DNA of 63,914 bases, the filler included, from Olpidium bornovanus S191 (lineage: Eukaryota; Fungi; Olpidiomycota), in the NCBI GenBank assembly GCA_017911155.1. It is 26 parts of 26 records of this genome, joined end to end, with 100 filler letters (N's around TTAATTAATTAA, not from the genome) between each part and the next. Parts side by side here need not be neighbours in the genome. Positions count along the whole stretch, not along the records: positions 22,733 to 26,288 come from JAEFCI010002531.1; positions 26,389 to 28,287 come from JAEFCI010005788.1; positions 28,388 to 31,465 come from JAEFCI010008978.1; positions 31,566 to 34,320 come from JAEFCI010008919.1; positions 34,421 to 38,044 come from JAEFCI010013183.1; 21 more parts are not named here. The stretch is one strand, 5' to 3'. The notes under the pieces were generated by a model. It was not told the DNA's origin, ran no database searches, and saw only the letters and a program-made list of their open reading frames with translations. The stretch's first letter is position 1. Every line of letters begins with the position of its first letter. Of this stretch, positions 22,929 to 35,652 are shown piece after piece. A program made the translations under genes and the position numbers.

Positions 22929-24038
22929 CTATATATGGCGACGACGCGTTCGTTGAGGAAGGCCCGCACGCGCCGTCTTCCTTTTTGCTCGCCGTGCCTC
23001 TCAGCGACCGCCGCTCCCCTGCCGCCGCCCTGCGCCTGCACTTCCCGGACGCGTACCCCGCGGCGGAGCCGCCGGTGTACGAGCTGACGTCGCAGTACGT
23101 CGGCGCCTCGCGCGTGACCGACGCGCTGCTGGAGGAACTGGACGCCGCGTTCCGGGAGGCCTGGACGCCGGGCGAGGTCGTGGTTTTCGCGTGGGCCGAG
23201 ATCCTCAGGGAGAAGTTTGAAGGGATCCTCCAGGCGGAGGCGGAGGCGGAGGCCGGGAGCGGAGAGCGCGCCGGCGAGGCGGAGGAGGAGGAGGAGGAGG
23301 ACGGGGAAGAGGAAGACGGCGGCGGGAAGCGCGTCGCCTTGTACGAGGACTTCGAGGAGGTTCCGCCGGCCGCCGCCGCAGCCGCCGCGCGCCCGAACGT
23401 CGTCGCCGGCGGCCCGGCGGCCCCGTGCCCGCCGATCGCGTTCGGCGTGCCGGTGGTCGATCGCAAGAGCACGTTTCAGGCCAGCCTCGCCCGCGTATCG
23501 TCTCCCGACGAAGTGCGGGCCGTGCGCTCTGCCCTTTTGAAGAACAGTCGCGTTGCCCGCGCCGCACATCCCGTCATCTGCGCCTACAGGATACGGATGC
23601 CGAACGGAGGCATTCTCCAGGACAACGACGACGACGGCGAGAAGGCCGCCGGTGGACGGCTTCTGCACCTGTTGCAGGTTTTGGAGGTGGAAGGGGCGTT
23701 TCGTTTTTCCTCTTTTTGTTTGCTTTTGTCGGCCGACAGAATTTGAGCGTCGGCTCCGGTACCGGCTGCAACAGGTGTTGCTGTCTTCTGTACTCGTTGG
23801 TTCGGTGGTATCCTCCTTGGCGCAGATCGGTAAGACGGCAAAGGCCGAGGAAAGGAGGGGAAGAGGATCGTTTCCGCCAAGCAACGTCGCGCGTGGAAAA
23901 AAAACTTATTCTATGAATAAAAGCTTCAAACACATCAATAATGCAGCGCGAGCGATTCTAGAGCAGGAGGGCTTCATCAGCAAGCATGCTGGCGCCAAGG
24001 ACAAGGCTCCTCAATCCAAAAAGCGTTCAAAGAGATAA
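22929..24038 (+). CDS. IMPACT: IMPACT/Yih1 (RWD + UPF0029 domains), 5' partial
   Basis: RWD motif FPDAYP; DRKSTFQA; AHPVICAYRI; QDNDDDGEKAAGGRLLHLLQ; TRWFGGILLGADR|FKHINNAAR; stop at 24038. Confidence 0.95.
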
Positions 24039-24683
24039 AGCAGGCGGACAATCGGATGTTGCGTCGCCCGCCCGGGAACCGTTGGACTTCTCGTTTCTGC
24101 TTGGGTGCTGTCGGTTAGCGAAACGAATTTGCCCCGCCTTCCGTTTCGGCGGCCGCCTCCAAATGACTTGCAAAACCAGTTTCGTCCCGCAGGACATCAT
24201 CCCCTTGGCGAACGCACGGGGTACAGGAGGCGGCGCGAACGGAAAGGAATCAACGGAGGGATTTGAATCTCCGCGGATGCTGACGCCTTTGTGACGTGCA
24301 AAAGGTCGCCGAGATTCCAGGCAACCCGGCGAACACCGAGAAGCCAGAGGAGTGCAAAGAAAACGCCGCGAGAGCAGCGGCGTTCGCTTGTGTATTGCTC
24401 TGGGAAAGCACATCATGGAGGACCCACCACCATCGTCCGCGCGATGCACGAAGCGAGCCGGGTTATTCTGCTCTCTCCGAAGTATATTGGCGGCAGTATA
24501 TCGTGCCATTCTGCCGAAAAGCCCGAACGCTTTTCGTCGCACGCGGAGTCACCGATCCTCCGCGCCGTCTCGGCGTTGGTTCGCGACTTAACGAACCGCC
24601 GCTCTAATAGACTTTTTCTTGGCATCCGACCAGCTATAATACCCGATCCGTTTTCATGCGTCTTATGTCGTTGCATACCGGGA

Positions 24684-26211
24684 TCATCGTTTGGGATCCT
24701 TCGACGACGAGCCGTCCGTTTTCGGGTCGCTCCTTGATTGAGCCGCAGACTGAAGGCTGTGGACCAAACCCGATTTCGCTGCTTTCCCTGGTCGGTGTCC
24801 CGGTCGGCTACCCTGTCCCTCGAGTGGCGTTGCGTAGATGTACGTCGGCGATAGTGTTTGCAGGCCGAAATCCTGAAGCCGTTTTACGGAGGGTTGAAGA
24901 AGCGATCGCACGGCGATTTAGCCCTAGCAGTTCAGAAGTCCGACATGCAAATCCCGGGAATCACGATTCGCGTCTGAACATTGACCTTGGTCTTCAGCAT
25001 TGACACTTCGGCCTCTCTTTCCTCCAGTTGCCCCTTCAGCACGTCGATTTGTGATCGCAGGATCTCGACTTCACGCTCCAATGTCTGCGTTCGTAGCCTC
25101 TCTGCTGGGTATTTCAAGAGGGACGGCGGCGCTGTAAAAATACAAGCGGTGAGGAATCTGGAGAACACGACGCGGCGCGGGGCAAGAGGGGACGCCCAGC
25201 AAAAGAACGTACGCATGTGGCAAAATATCGCGCTGAGGAAGTTGTGCAGGGACAATTTGAAGGTGTCCTGCCACGTACTCGTGAAGTACGTGGCGAAAGC
25301 CGCGCTGTTCTCCGGCCTCGAACAGAACGGGAGGGCTGCGTTGCGCGAATATGAAGGCCGTCACACGTCGCGCGCTTTTTTTTTGTGTTTTTCGTTTTGT
25401 TCCAGATTCCCGGACGGACGCGCAGCCGCGAAACTAGTGGGAAATTTTGTTGCATACCAAACCACGCCATCCATTCCTCCGCAGGGTGCAGATCTGACCC
25501 GTACGTCTCAAAAAACTCCATCAGCTTGTCACGGCGCCGCTGCTGCGCCGCTTGAATGGAAACAGGAGGGAAACAACGGCAGGCTCCCGTAAGCAGTGGC
25601 GGGACCGGCGGGGGGCGTTGGGAAGGGAATCACCGGGGCTTCCCAGGGTGTCCGTCACGGATTCCCGACTTGGGCCGCCGCGTTTCAAAATTAACCGGTC
25701 GGTCGCAAAAGAAAGGAAGGAAAAAGACCCCCCCCTGCAACATACCGAAGACGAGGTAGTACCTCAGGAGGGAGACCTCCAGCTTTTTCACGGTCGCCGA
25801 AAACTTGGCCTCCAACTTTGAAAAATATCTCCTGTCCAGGTGGGCCCAGTAGCCGAACAGAGCGCGGATGTCGGACGCCCGGACACAGTCGAACATCTCA
25901 TCGATGATTTGGCTGACCTGGTGGACCGAAGCGGCGTATTCCAAAAAGGAAATTTTTTTTTTGTTTCCCGAGCGGGGGGGGGGGGGTTTCAGAGAACGTC
26001 CCGCGGCCCTGGTCCCAGAGTTTTCCGGCGCACGGAGGACGGCGAATTCCCCGCCACGCGCCAACACCCGCACCACGCCGATCCGCGCGTTCCCGTCCAT
26101 TCATCTGCCTGTCAAGGGGTTGGTGGTAGGCAGCACTACCTCGAAGCCCTTCTCCTTATCCGCCTTGATGTCTGCTTCGAACGACCTCAGCGTCTGAGTG
26201 AAACTGCGGAA
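24684..26211 (-). CDS. WDR91: WDR91-like protein N-terminal region, 5' partial; no WD40 seen
   Basis: Exons FRSFTQTLRSFEADIKADKEKGFE; SQIIDEMF...YWAHLDRRYFSKLE...KKLEVSLLRYYLV; DKLMEFFETYG...EWMAWFALPF...FATYFTSTWQDTFKLSLHNFLSAIF closely parallel the WDR91 N-terminus. The 3' end is uncertain. Confidence 0.85.
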
Positions 26212-26254
26212 CTGGCGGGGTTTGTTTCGCGGGGCATATCGCAGAGAGCAAAAG

Positions 26255-26288
<34 letters not shown>

Positions 26289-26388
26289 NNNNNNNNNNNN
26301 NNNNNNNNNNNNNNNNNNNNNNNNNNNNNNNNTTAATTAATTAANNNNNNNNNNNNNNNNNNNNNNNNNNNNNNNNNNNNNNNNNNNN

Positions 26389-26426
<38 letters not shown>

Positions 26427-26884
26427 AAAGAAAAAAGGAAAAGGGAGGACGGCGGGAATGTGGGGGGTGGGGGAAGGGGTGAGGGGTATAATGTAACAGC
26501 CGGCAAAAAAACCACGTAAAAAAAAACAAAAGTCGTGACTGGGCCATATATGGGTAGCTTCTAAATGTTTTTCACCGAAAAAAAAAAAGCGAATTTCCCC
26601 CCGACTCCGATCACAAGTCGCTCTCGCCTCCCGCATTCTGGACCGCGTCGATCGCGGCCGCGACCTCGGCGAGCGGCCCCGCCCTCTGCAGGAACCGATG
26701 CTGCGGGGGGGGGCGGGTTAGCACGGGGGGCGGGGTTCTCTGTCAGAGCGAAATTTCCGCGCATAGGACAAAAGGCGAGGGAATGGATCTAAAGGGGGAT
26801 GGGGGGGGGGGCCGCAGAGCGAGACGTCGAAGACCAGAAACCCACTCCCCCCCCCCTCTCCGAAAATGCGGGGTGATCACCAAC

Positions 26885-28287
26885 CTTCAGAAGCTTTTCC
26901 GCGTCCGGCCTGTTCTCCGCTTCCTGCACAAGACAAAGGTTGACGAACTCCACGAAGTCGTTCGGCCATGAGCCCCGGTCCGCAAGCCTGGTTGACCCGT
27001 TCGTCACGATCATAAGGAGGGCCTTGTACGGCAAAATGAATAAATATATAAATAAAAGTATAAAATAACGGGAACCAACGGGGGTGACAATCCGGTCATT
27101 ATCGAGCCGGTCGCGAACGGGAGCCCCGACGGAAAAGCATTCCAAGCCGGGACCAGAGCGTGAAACCCCCCCTCCCGCAGACGCGGCAAAATGTTGGGGA
27201 AACGGCATACCTTCATCGGAGGCAACTCCAGGTACGGCGGCTCGCCGTCAGCCATTTCGACGGCGACGACGCCGAGAGACCAGATGTCAGCTTTGAAGTC
27301 GTACTCGGCGCCGCTGACGACTTGGGGGGACATCCAGTAAGGCGTGCCGACGATCGACCGCCGGCGGGGACGCTCCGGAGTGAGCGCGCCGCAGTTGGAG
27401 AAATCCGCTGTGCGGAGAAGGCAGGAAAATAAAATTTCCGGGAGTTTTTTATTGTTATTATTCGGGCCGGTGCGAAAAAGACGCGGAAATTGCGGCGCCG
27501 TTGCCGTTTTGCCTCCTGTTGAGCTTGGCGTAACGTGCGGGAAAAATTTCCGCCTTGCGTGCCCTCGCTGCCCACTCCCGACCCGGAAAATACGTACCCA
27601 CCTAGCTTGATTTCGCCTCTTCGGCTCAGCAGGATGTTGTCGCTCTTTATGTCCCGGTGAATCCACCGTTTCTCTTTGTGAAGATAGTTGACCGCCTTGA
27701 GCACGTCCAGCAGCACGCGGCTCATTATGCTGAGGGTGAGGAGTCGGCCGCCGGACGCGGGCGCCGTCGGGGAGGCGGGAGACGCAGAACCTGGCGAAGC
27801 CGGCACCGGCAGGAGATCCGTCAGTGAGCCGCCGTCCAGATATTCCATAGCCACCTGCGATTTTATTATTATTATTATTATTAATTATCATTATTTTTTT
27901 TCGGCGGATTGAGTAAGCAGCAGAACGCGGGAAGCGCCCCAAACAGACGTCGTCCTCGGAACGCTTCCGAAAGCCCTTATCCTCCGGAAGCAGGACACTC
28001 ACCCACAAGAAGCCGTCGTCCGCCGACTTCCAACACTCGAACACCCCGACCACATGTGAGTGGCAGACCGATTTAGACATCTCGAGCTCGCGCCTGAGGA
28101 TTCTCATTTTCGCCGGGTTCGCTCCAGCCTCGTTCGTGACCGGTATGATCTTTACGACCACCGTGTTCATGCCTGCGTCTCCGTCCTTCTGCTTCGGATT
28201 GCACGTTTCCAGCCATCGCCGATAGCGGAAGTCGACCGCGGGGTCCTGGATGCGGGCCACGAAGAGTTGCCCGGATTCGCCCTCCGC
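26885..28287 (-). CDS. PAK/STE20-family kinase domain with atypical motifs, partial
   Basis: VVVKII; VAMEYLDGGSLTDL; IHRDIKSDNILL; ADFSNCG; RSIVGTPYWMSPQV; YDFKADIWSLG; EMADGEPPY. At least four exons. Confidence 0.9.
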
Positions 28288-28459
28288 NNNNNNNNNNNNN
28301 NNNNNNNNNNNNNNNNNNNNNNNNNNNNNNNTTAATTAATTAANNNNNNNNNNNNNNNNNNNNNNNNNNNNNNNNNNNNNNNNNNNNATCCCCCCCCCCC
28401 GCTCCTCCACTTTTCAGAACACGACGAAATCTCCGAAGCAATTTTTTTCGCCGCGTTTG

Positions 28460-31400
28460 CTAAGGGTCAGCGGTCGTGACATCCCCACAGCTTCTCGAGT
28501 GGAACATGCCTCCTATGCCTCCTCCGGAGGTGTTTCCGACCTCGCTCACGTGGCAGTATTCGTAAAATTCATATGGATCGGTGATTCCGGAATTCACCAG
28601 GGCCTCAACACACGAGACGAGCATGTACAGTGTAACGGGGTCCACCTGGTTCACGATGTCCTCCGGCACGCCGTAGCGTCTTGCGTCCCATCCGGTCGGA
28701 ATCTATCGGAGAAATTGATATGTGTCAGTCGGCGAAATTTCTAGCGGCAAAGAGCCCGTCTCCATTTTCTGCACGAACCTGCCCGGCGACAAGCCGATCA
28801 AACCGCAGTGTCTTGGGCGCCCACAACGTGGCGCCTTTCAGCATCCGCACAGTGTATTGTCCGTCCTTCTGTTCCACAAGCACGAACTCCTGGTGCTGGC
28901 GCTTCAAAGCCTCTGCATCCTCCTTGCAAACCTCTATCGGCGCCATGTCGGAAGTCACCAGCACCTCAAGCATGCCGACCTTCCGCTCGGGGTCATAGCC
29001 GTTGAAAAGCTCCGGCTCTGCACCCGCGGGGCCGGCGTCAGCCTTGTTCCTCGCGCGGGAAATGCGGGCAACATTGACGGGCGACCCACCTATCATTCTG
29101 ATTCCAGTGTGCTTGAGGATCTGCTGTTCGTACTTGGCTTTGACGTCGAAGTCCTTCACCGGCTCCTGGGTTCTGGTGTCAATCCAGCCGCTGTAGCTTG
29201 CGAGCGACTTCAAAGGACCGGAATGGAACTTGATGAAGCCCATCATCCAGGCCATTTCAATACAGCCTTCCAAAGAGAGCGCGCCGTACGCTTCCTGCAA
29301 CCGACAGAATCAGACTAATTCGCAACCTTGCCGTCGGAAAACTCGGCAACGAGCCAAAGATGATGAAAGATGAAGCCGCGTTTACCATTTCCCAGCGAGT
29401 GCGCGCTCCGCCGAAAGGTCCGACCTCCCCAAATCCGGTTACTACGACGACCTTCTCCAAGTCGAGCATTCCGCGCAGGGGAGAAGGCTTCCGGTCCTTG
29501 AGCGGAGGGTACTGGAATTTCATGTTCGCCCGAGGAGTCACGACCGGGCCCTCTTGCTTGACGGGTCCGTCCAACACGCGCCGGTCAAGCTCGGCTTCCC
29601 GAGCGACAGCACGCCGGATCTCGGACGTTTCCAAAAGGCCAGCCCTCAGTTCGGTCGAGATGCGGTGGAGGTCTCCCAGGAAGTGCAGACCCCCGTTCAG
29701 GTCCGCAACAATGGGTTTCATTTCCGAGAGCTTCACAATCTCCGGAGACAGCAGGCCGACGAGGTTGAAGGCCATCTCGTGTGCCGAAAATGTCCGCGCC
29801 CCTAATTCCTCGATTCCCTCCGCGATGATGTTGTTGCCGGACATCAGGCCGGTCCCTCGAGTCCACCTGCGAAGGCGCAACATGGTGAAACTCCGTTCTG
29901 CTGACGTCTTTACCCGCGAGAAAGCTTTTTACGAAATCTACCCTATAACCGCTCCAATGATCGTCAGGTAGTTTGACCAATTTTCGCTGTGGAAGCGGTT
30001 GATCAATGTCTCCAAACCGATTTTCGATTCACCGTACAGGCCATCTGAAGAAAGAAAAAGAAAACAACCGGCGATTTGGCATCAAACGCAAGCTCGCACA
30101 CCTCTCCGGGACTTTCCGGAGGTAATAATAATATTCACCTCCACCGAAAACTCCGTGGTTGGAGGACATCGGCAGCACCACTGCGGCAGGGCGAGTATCG
30201 TACTGCATGACCTGCTTTCTGCACTTCACCTCCCCGAGCAAGCGCAGGAGGTTAACGAGCATAACGCGGTGGGCAAGCTCCGACCACGACTCGATGTCGT
30301 CGATTTCGCGCCCCTGTTCCGGCACGGCGGCGAAGGGGATGATGTAGCCGAGGTCCCACCCCAACCCGTCCTTCGCGTCGTAGATGTAGTCGACGAGGGC
30401 TTTCGTGTCCTGAACAGAGCCGCCGTTGAACGGGACGATCACCAGGCAGGAACCTTTCGAACCGTACCGCTCGTATATCGAGCGGTAAAACTCCGTCGCG
30501 ACTTTTGAGAACCGCGACGTGGTCGCGATGACCTGTGCGCCGCCAGACAGCAGCGCCTTTAGGAGCTCAACACCGATGGATCCTTCGCCGCACCCGGTGA
30601 CGAGGACTTGACGGCCCGCGAACGAAAGGCCGTCCCGCGCGATGCGCGCAAGAGCGTCCAGATACGCCGTAGTGAGGCGCACATCCGGTTCCCAGCGGCT
30701 GGGGTCATTTTCACTGCGGCCCTTCAAATAAACAAACGGCAGGCGCTCGCCGTTCCCCTGCGCAGACAGCACCTGCTTCATGTCGCCGAAGATTCGGCTA
30801 ACGCCGATCTTCGTGTCCGCATCCACGCGTCGAGAATTCCCGAGGAGCACCTCCAGCTCCCTGACATGGCTGTCTAATAAACCGGAACTACTCGCCCTCT
30901 GAGTGAGTTCGCTGCCAGCCCGCATTTCCTCTGCGTACTCCTTAATGCTGGCGGCTTTCCGCCTTTCTTCCTTGTACACCAGCTCGCCGTTCTCGTTTAC
31001 GTAAGTCTTCGGCTTCGTCGAACGATATGCAACTAGAATCGGAGAACATCAGATAGGATTGTAACCTTGTGAGCCCTGCGCGACGAAACCCACCCCCCCC
31101 CTCCGGCGGCCCCCCCCCTCCCCCAAAAAAAAAAAAATAAAATAAAAAATAGAATAATAATTAAATTAAAAAGCCCAAGCAACAACTTGCCATTCTTGTA
31201 GACGGGGTCGACGGAGAGAGCTTCTTTGCAATTGTCGATAAGTATCTGACCAAGGGACTTCGCCCGTTCGCGGTTCTCTCTGTCGAAGTTCTCGAGGTGG
31301 TACTCCATAAACGAGACGAGCGATTCCGCGTCGTCGGCTCGATTCATGAGGTGGACGCACTGGTTCATCAGCTCGTGGTCGACCTCGGTGATTTTACCGG

Positions 31401-31465
31401 AGACCATATCGTAGTATAGCCGGAGAGCGTCTTGGCGAGCCCACTGGAACCGACGCAGAAGTGAG
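28460..31465 (-). CDS. FAS2: Fungal type I fatty acid synthase alpha-subunit region (KR and KS), internal fragment
   Basis: [41 protein letters not shown]; [14 protein letters not shown]; [21 protein letters not shown]; [16 protein letters not shown]; [17 protein letters not shown]; [12 protein letters not shown]. Confidence 0.97.
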
Positions 31466-31572
31466 NNNNNNNNNNNNNNNNNNNNNNNNNNNNNNNNNNN
31501 NNNNNNNNNTTAATTAATTAANNNNNNNNNNNNNNNNNNNNNNNNNNNNNNNNNNNNNNNNNNNNAGCCTCC

Positions 31573-31618
<46 letters not shown>

Positions 31619-31840
31619 ACCTATCCCTCCGCGTCGTTTTCCGGTAAAAAAAAAACGGCGTGAATTAAAAAAAGAACTCGGAGGAATGTTTTTTGCGCCG
31701 TCGCTCCTTACGTCGTCCCTCACCCTGAGCGACGTCGTTTAAAAGATATTAGGTACGCGGCGTTCCCTTCTCCTGCCCCAAGATGATGGAAAGATAAGCG
31801 AGACAGAAAGAGAGAGCGGGAGTGACTAAAATCTGCTCAG

Positions 31841-33315
31841 GCAGCACGAAAGGCACCTTCGTTTTCAAGAATGACGGGCTAATCAAGAAAACCATCAGCG
31901 TCGCCGTAAACGGGTCGATGCACCATCTCGTCTGCTATTGCATGAAGGAAATAGGTGCGGGGCGAAGCTTTCGCGCAGCGGGCAAGGAAATGACCTGCGC
32001 GCCCGGTCTTTGTTTTTTTTTTATGTTTCTCCTCCCTTACGCTCGCATGTCGGCTGACTTGGACATGACTCGCATTTAAAACAATAAAAAAAAATGAAAT
32101 CTCCCTCGCTGATCAGACCCCGTTCTCCGACTGTATCCGCCGGGGGCGTACCGGGAGCTGGCGGGAATTCCCGTCCGGCAGGAATTCGTCGAGGCCCAGA
32201 ACTTTCGCCGGCCGCTGAAAATCGTCCGCTACGGGGAGAACGGGATGCCCGAGCGGCGGTCGATATCGACGCGCGGTTCCGTCGAGGAAGACGAGTCGTT
32301 TCCGCCCGAGGAGGTCGCGGCGGCGGCAGCTGCGGCGGCGTCCGCCTCCCGCGCCGCCGCCGCCGCGGGCTTCCAGGCCGCGGCGAGCGCGACGCCGGCG
32401 GCGTCCTCGTCCTCCGCGTCGGCGGCGACGTTCGGGTCCGGGCTGGACCTCACCGAGGAGGATATCGCCCTGACCGAGCTGAGCTCGGTGAACGAGTGCA
32501 GCGGGTTGAACATTCACGACCTGCACCTACCCGACATCGGGGTTGGCGCGCTGGACATGCCGGCGGCGGGCGCCGCCGCCACCGGTTTCCCGGACTTTGA
32601 GCGGGCGATCATGGACGGCGGCGGCGGCGACGCGATGGGCCGGCAGGCGGGTCCGTTTTCCGGCATGCGCCCGCAGGCCTGGGACAGGGCCGGGGCAGAC
32701 CTGTCCCCCCTGCTCTTCTCGATCCCGCCGTTCGCAGCGGTCGGCGGCGACGGGGCGGTCCACGGCCGTCCCCGGACTCCGAAACACCGCGGGACGCAAT
32801 TCGCCGCCTCCACCGCCGCCGCCGCCGCCGCCGCGCTGAGCGAGCAGCGCGCCGCCGGCACGGCCTACCCGAGGGGAGCCTCCGCCTCCGCCGGCGGCGA
32901 CCTGGAGTCGCTTTTGGCCCGCTGTGGCGGGGCGGCGGCCTCCGGGTATTCGACGGCGACCTTTCAATCCGGCCTGCATCAGGCGGGGGGCTTGCTGCAC
33001 TGGCAGGACGCGGGCGCCGAGGTCCTCTGGCAGATGCCCCGGGGCCGGCAGGCCAGTCCCGGCCCGGCGGGCGGCGCCCTTTTGGTAGGCGGGGTGGACG
33101 CGGCCGTCGACCACCACCACTTCGACGCAAGCTGTTTCGACGCGAACGGGTTCGACCTCGGCGCCGCCCTCCCTGAACACTCCGGCCTGGGGGCCGGCGG
33201 CCAGTTCGGCTCGGCGGTAGACGAGAGCGACTTCAGGCCGGCGACGCACGCCGCTTTTGACCACCTCGCTCAGCACGACGCGTACACGGCGCTGTGGTCT
33301 GTGCCCGAAATGTAA
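31841..33315 (+). CDS. Gti1/Pac2 (WOPR) family transcription factor, 5' partial
   Basis: Exon 31841-31954 GSTKGTFVFKNDGLIKKTISVAVNGSMHHLVCY matches the WOPRb GLxKKTISV...HHLVSYY motif. It is spliced to exon 32117-33315 (...ELAGIPVRQEFVEAQNFRRP, then a long disordered tail). Confidence 0.85.
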
Positions 33316-34223
33316 AAAAAAAAAAAAAAAAAAAGCAAAAGGAAAAACAAAAACGCAAACAAAGAAAGAAAGAAAAAAGAAAAAAAAAAGGAAAGGAGAC
33401 GTATTACATTCCGGCAGGCATTCATTCTCCCGCATATTTTGCCTCATTTTTTTGTCTTAATATTCCCGGTTTATCTCTATGTACATAAAATATCGTATAC
33501 TCAATCCCATATACGTACTCCCACCCCCTCTGCGGTTTTGATTTGTTTTTTAGGTTTTTCTCTTTAGATACGATGTAACTGACATTCCTACCGGTATTTC
33601 TTTTTTGTTATGTGGACTGGACGGGTGGGTTCGTCTTGAGGACTTTTGCCGTGGCGGGCGGGAATGAGAACGTTGACGATCCCCGTGTCTTGCAGCGGCA
33701 GTGGTTCCAATTGCTGACGGGCGTTCGCGGAACGATTCTGGCCGCCGCGAATCGCGTGAGATGACCCGTGAAACGAATTGGGGGCTTTGCGGGACGGCTG
33801 TAATTCGTGGGATCAGAGATCGACGGTCTGTCGGGCGCGCGCCACGGTCGCCGGTTCCCCTTATTCTTCTTGCGCTGATTGACCTGGTTGTGAATCCGCT
33901 GTGTCTCCTCCGCCAGGCGGCGTATCAGGTAATCCCCCGTCTGAGGCGCCGTTTACGGTCCGCGCTGGGCGCAATTCGCGTGCGCAGATCCAGAAGCTCG
34001 CCGACAAGGGTGGGCGGCGAGGACCCGACGACCTGGAATCTCCGCGGACGCGGCCTCGCAAACGCGCAGCGGGGTTCGGGGAAATTGCCGGAAGAGTCGC
34101 GGCCGGGAGCCGGTTTTTCTCGGCTTCAGAAAGACTTGCGTGCCACCTCGATCATTTCCGCCTCCCGGGGCCCGGAAAACGACGGCGGGCGGAGAGGAGA
34201 CGCGGGGGGTGGTGGGGAGTGGT

Positions 34224-34261
<38 letters not shown>

Positions 34262-34420
34262 GTGGGGGGGGGGGGGGGGGGGGGGGGGGGGAAGGGAAGG
34301 GCGGATTTTATGTCCGGGACNNNNNNNNNNNNNNNNNNNNNNNNNNNNNNNNNNNNNNNNNNNNTTAATTAATTAANNNNNNNNNNNNNNNNNNNNNNNN
34401 NNNNNNNNNNNNNNNNNNNN

Positions 34421-35652
34421 CATGTACGTCAAAATCCCTGTTTACGCGACAACCAACATCAAATCAGGGAGGCAAAATCCGATTTTCGGCCAACGGCAAA
34501 ATGCGCACATTGCACTTTTTACAATGGAAAAAGTCCTCCCCGAGCCCCTTGCCTATCCGGCAGATTTTGCATTCTGGGCAGTGGTAGATGTTTTTTCGTG
34601 GGTCGTCGTCCCAGAGCTTGCACTCGTTGCAGTAGTACCTTCCGAGGCGCATCCGGCACCGCTCGTTCTTGCAGTACTGTGCGGCAGGCTGGGTCGTGCT
34701 GCAGTACATGCAGAGCATGTTCTTCGTCTGATTTCTGCGATTCGCGCGAAAGAGGTCGTCCCACAACTGTGAGCGGCGGATGTTTGTTTCTCCCGTCCAT
34801 GCGCTCGCACATCTCGGAGGCTCTGCACGGACCTGACAATGGCGTGGTCGTTCGCTTGGTCGTGACAGAACCGGCACGTGTACCATCTGCCGCAGCAGTT
34901 CGCCTGGAGCTTCGCCGCACGCTGGTAATGCTTGCACCCAAGCGTCATGGATTCCTGGTGCTGTATCATTGGCCAAAGCCCCACGGTAGAGGTACACGTT
35001 TTCAACTAGAGTTCAATCAGTCGCGAAAGGGAAAGGCAGTTCGCGTACATGGTATGTAGGACGCCGTTCTTCCTCCGCAGGCTCGCTGCACTGAGCACCG
35101 CCTTCCAGGGCGGGGACGCGTGGCGGCTGGGGGTGGGAGATCAGCCATTTCGACGTCATTAAAGCCTGCGGCATGCGCGAGTAGAATTTTGACCCAGTCA
35201 GCAAAAAGTGCTCGTATTTGGCAATATTGACAATATGCGAGACGCCGCCAAAACCCCAGGATTGGGCGGATCGGCGTACGCCAGCCGAGAAAAGCGATAC
35301 CGTCCGACTGCCAGACCTGGATACGCTTGCTCTTCTCTGTCATACTGAGAGACGTGTCTGCCTGAACCGCGATGATCTGCTTCCGCAGCTGGGTTCGCGC
35401 TGCTTCCTGCTCCTCGCGGCTGTCGATACTCCCGACATCGCCGTCCTCGTCCTCGGAAAAGTCGCCCTCGTCGAAGTCCCCCAGATCCTCCGCCTCGTTC
35501 CTTTCGTCGTCCTCAACTCCGCCCCCCTCGTCCGCTTCGGTCCGGCGCGACGGATGTTGTGGGTCCCAGCGGTTGGCACGTCCGCCGGCTTCGTCGCCGC
35601 AGTCCGCGGCCGTCGCAGAGGCCGCCGCGGGGTCGGGGCCGCTCTCCGCCAT
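34421..35652 (-). CDS. RCHY1: RCHY1/Pirh2-like CHY-zinc-finger ubiquitin ligase, 3' partial
   Basis: LRKQIIAVQADTSLSMTEKSKRIQ|ALMTSKW; LGCKHYQRAAKLQANCCGRWYTCRFCHD; MLCMYC...QPAAQYCKN...RYYCNECKLWDDD...IYHCPECKICRIGKGLG. Confidence 0.93.

Noticed and set aside
22850-23884. 344-aa minus-strand ORF
   Set aside because: Antisense shadow of GC-rich IMPACT coding sequence; no motifs.
32527-33447. 306-aa minus-strand ORF
   Set aside because: Antisense to the WOPR last exon; it begins in poly-T.
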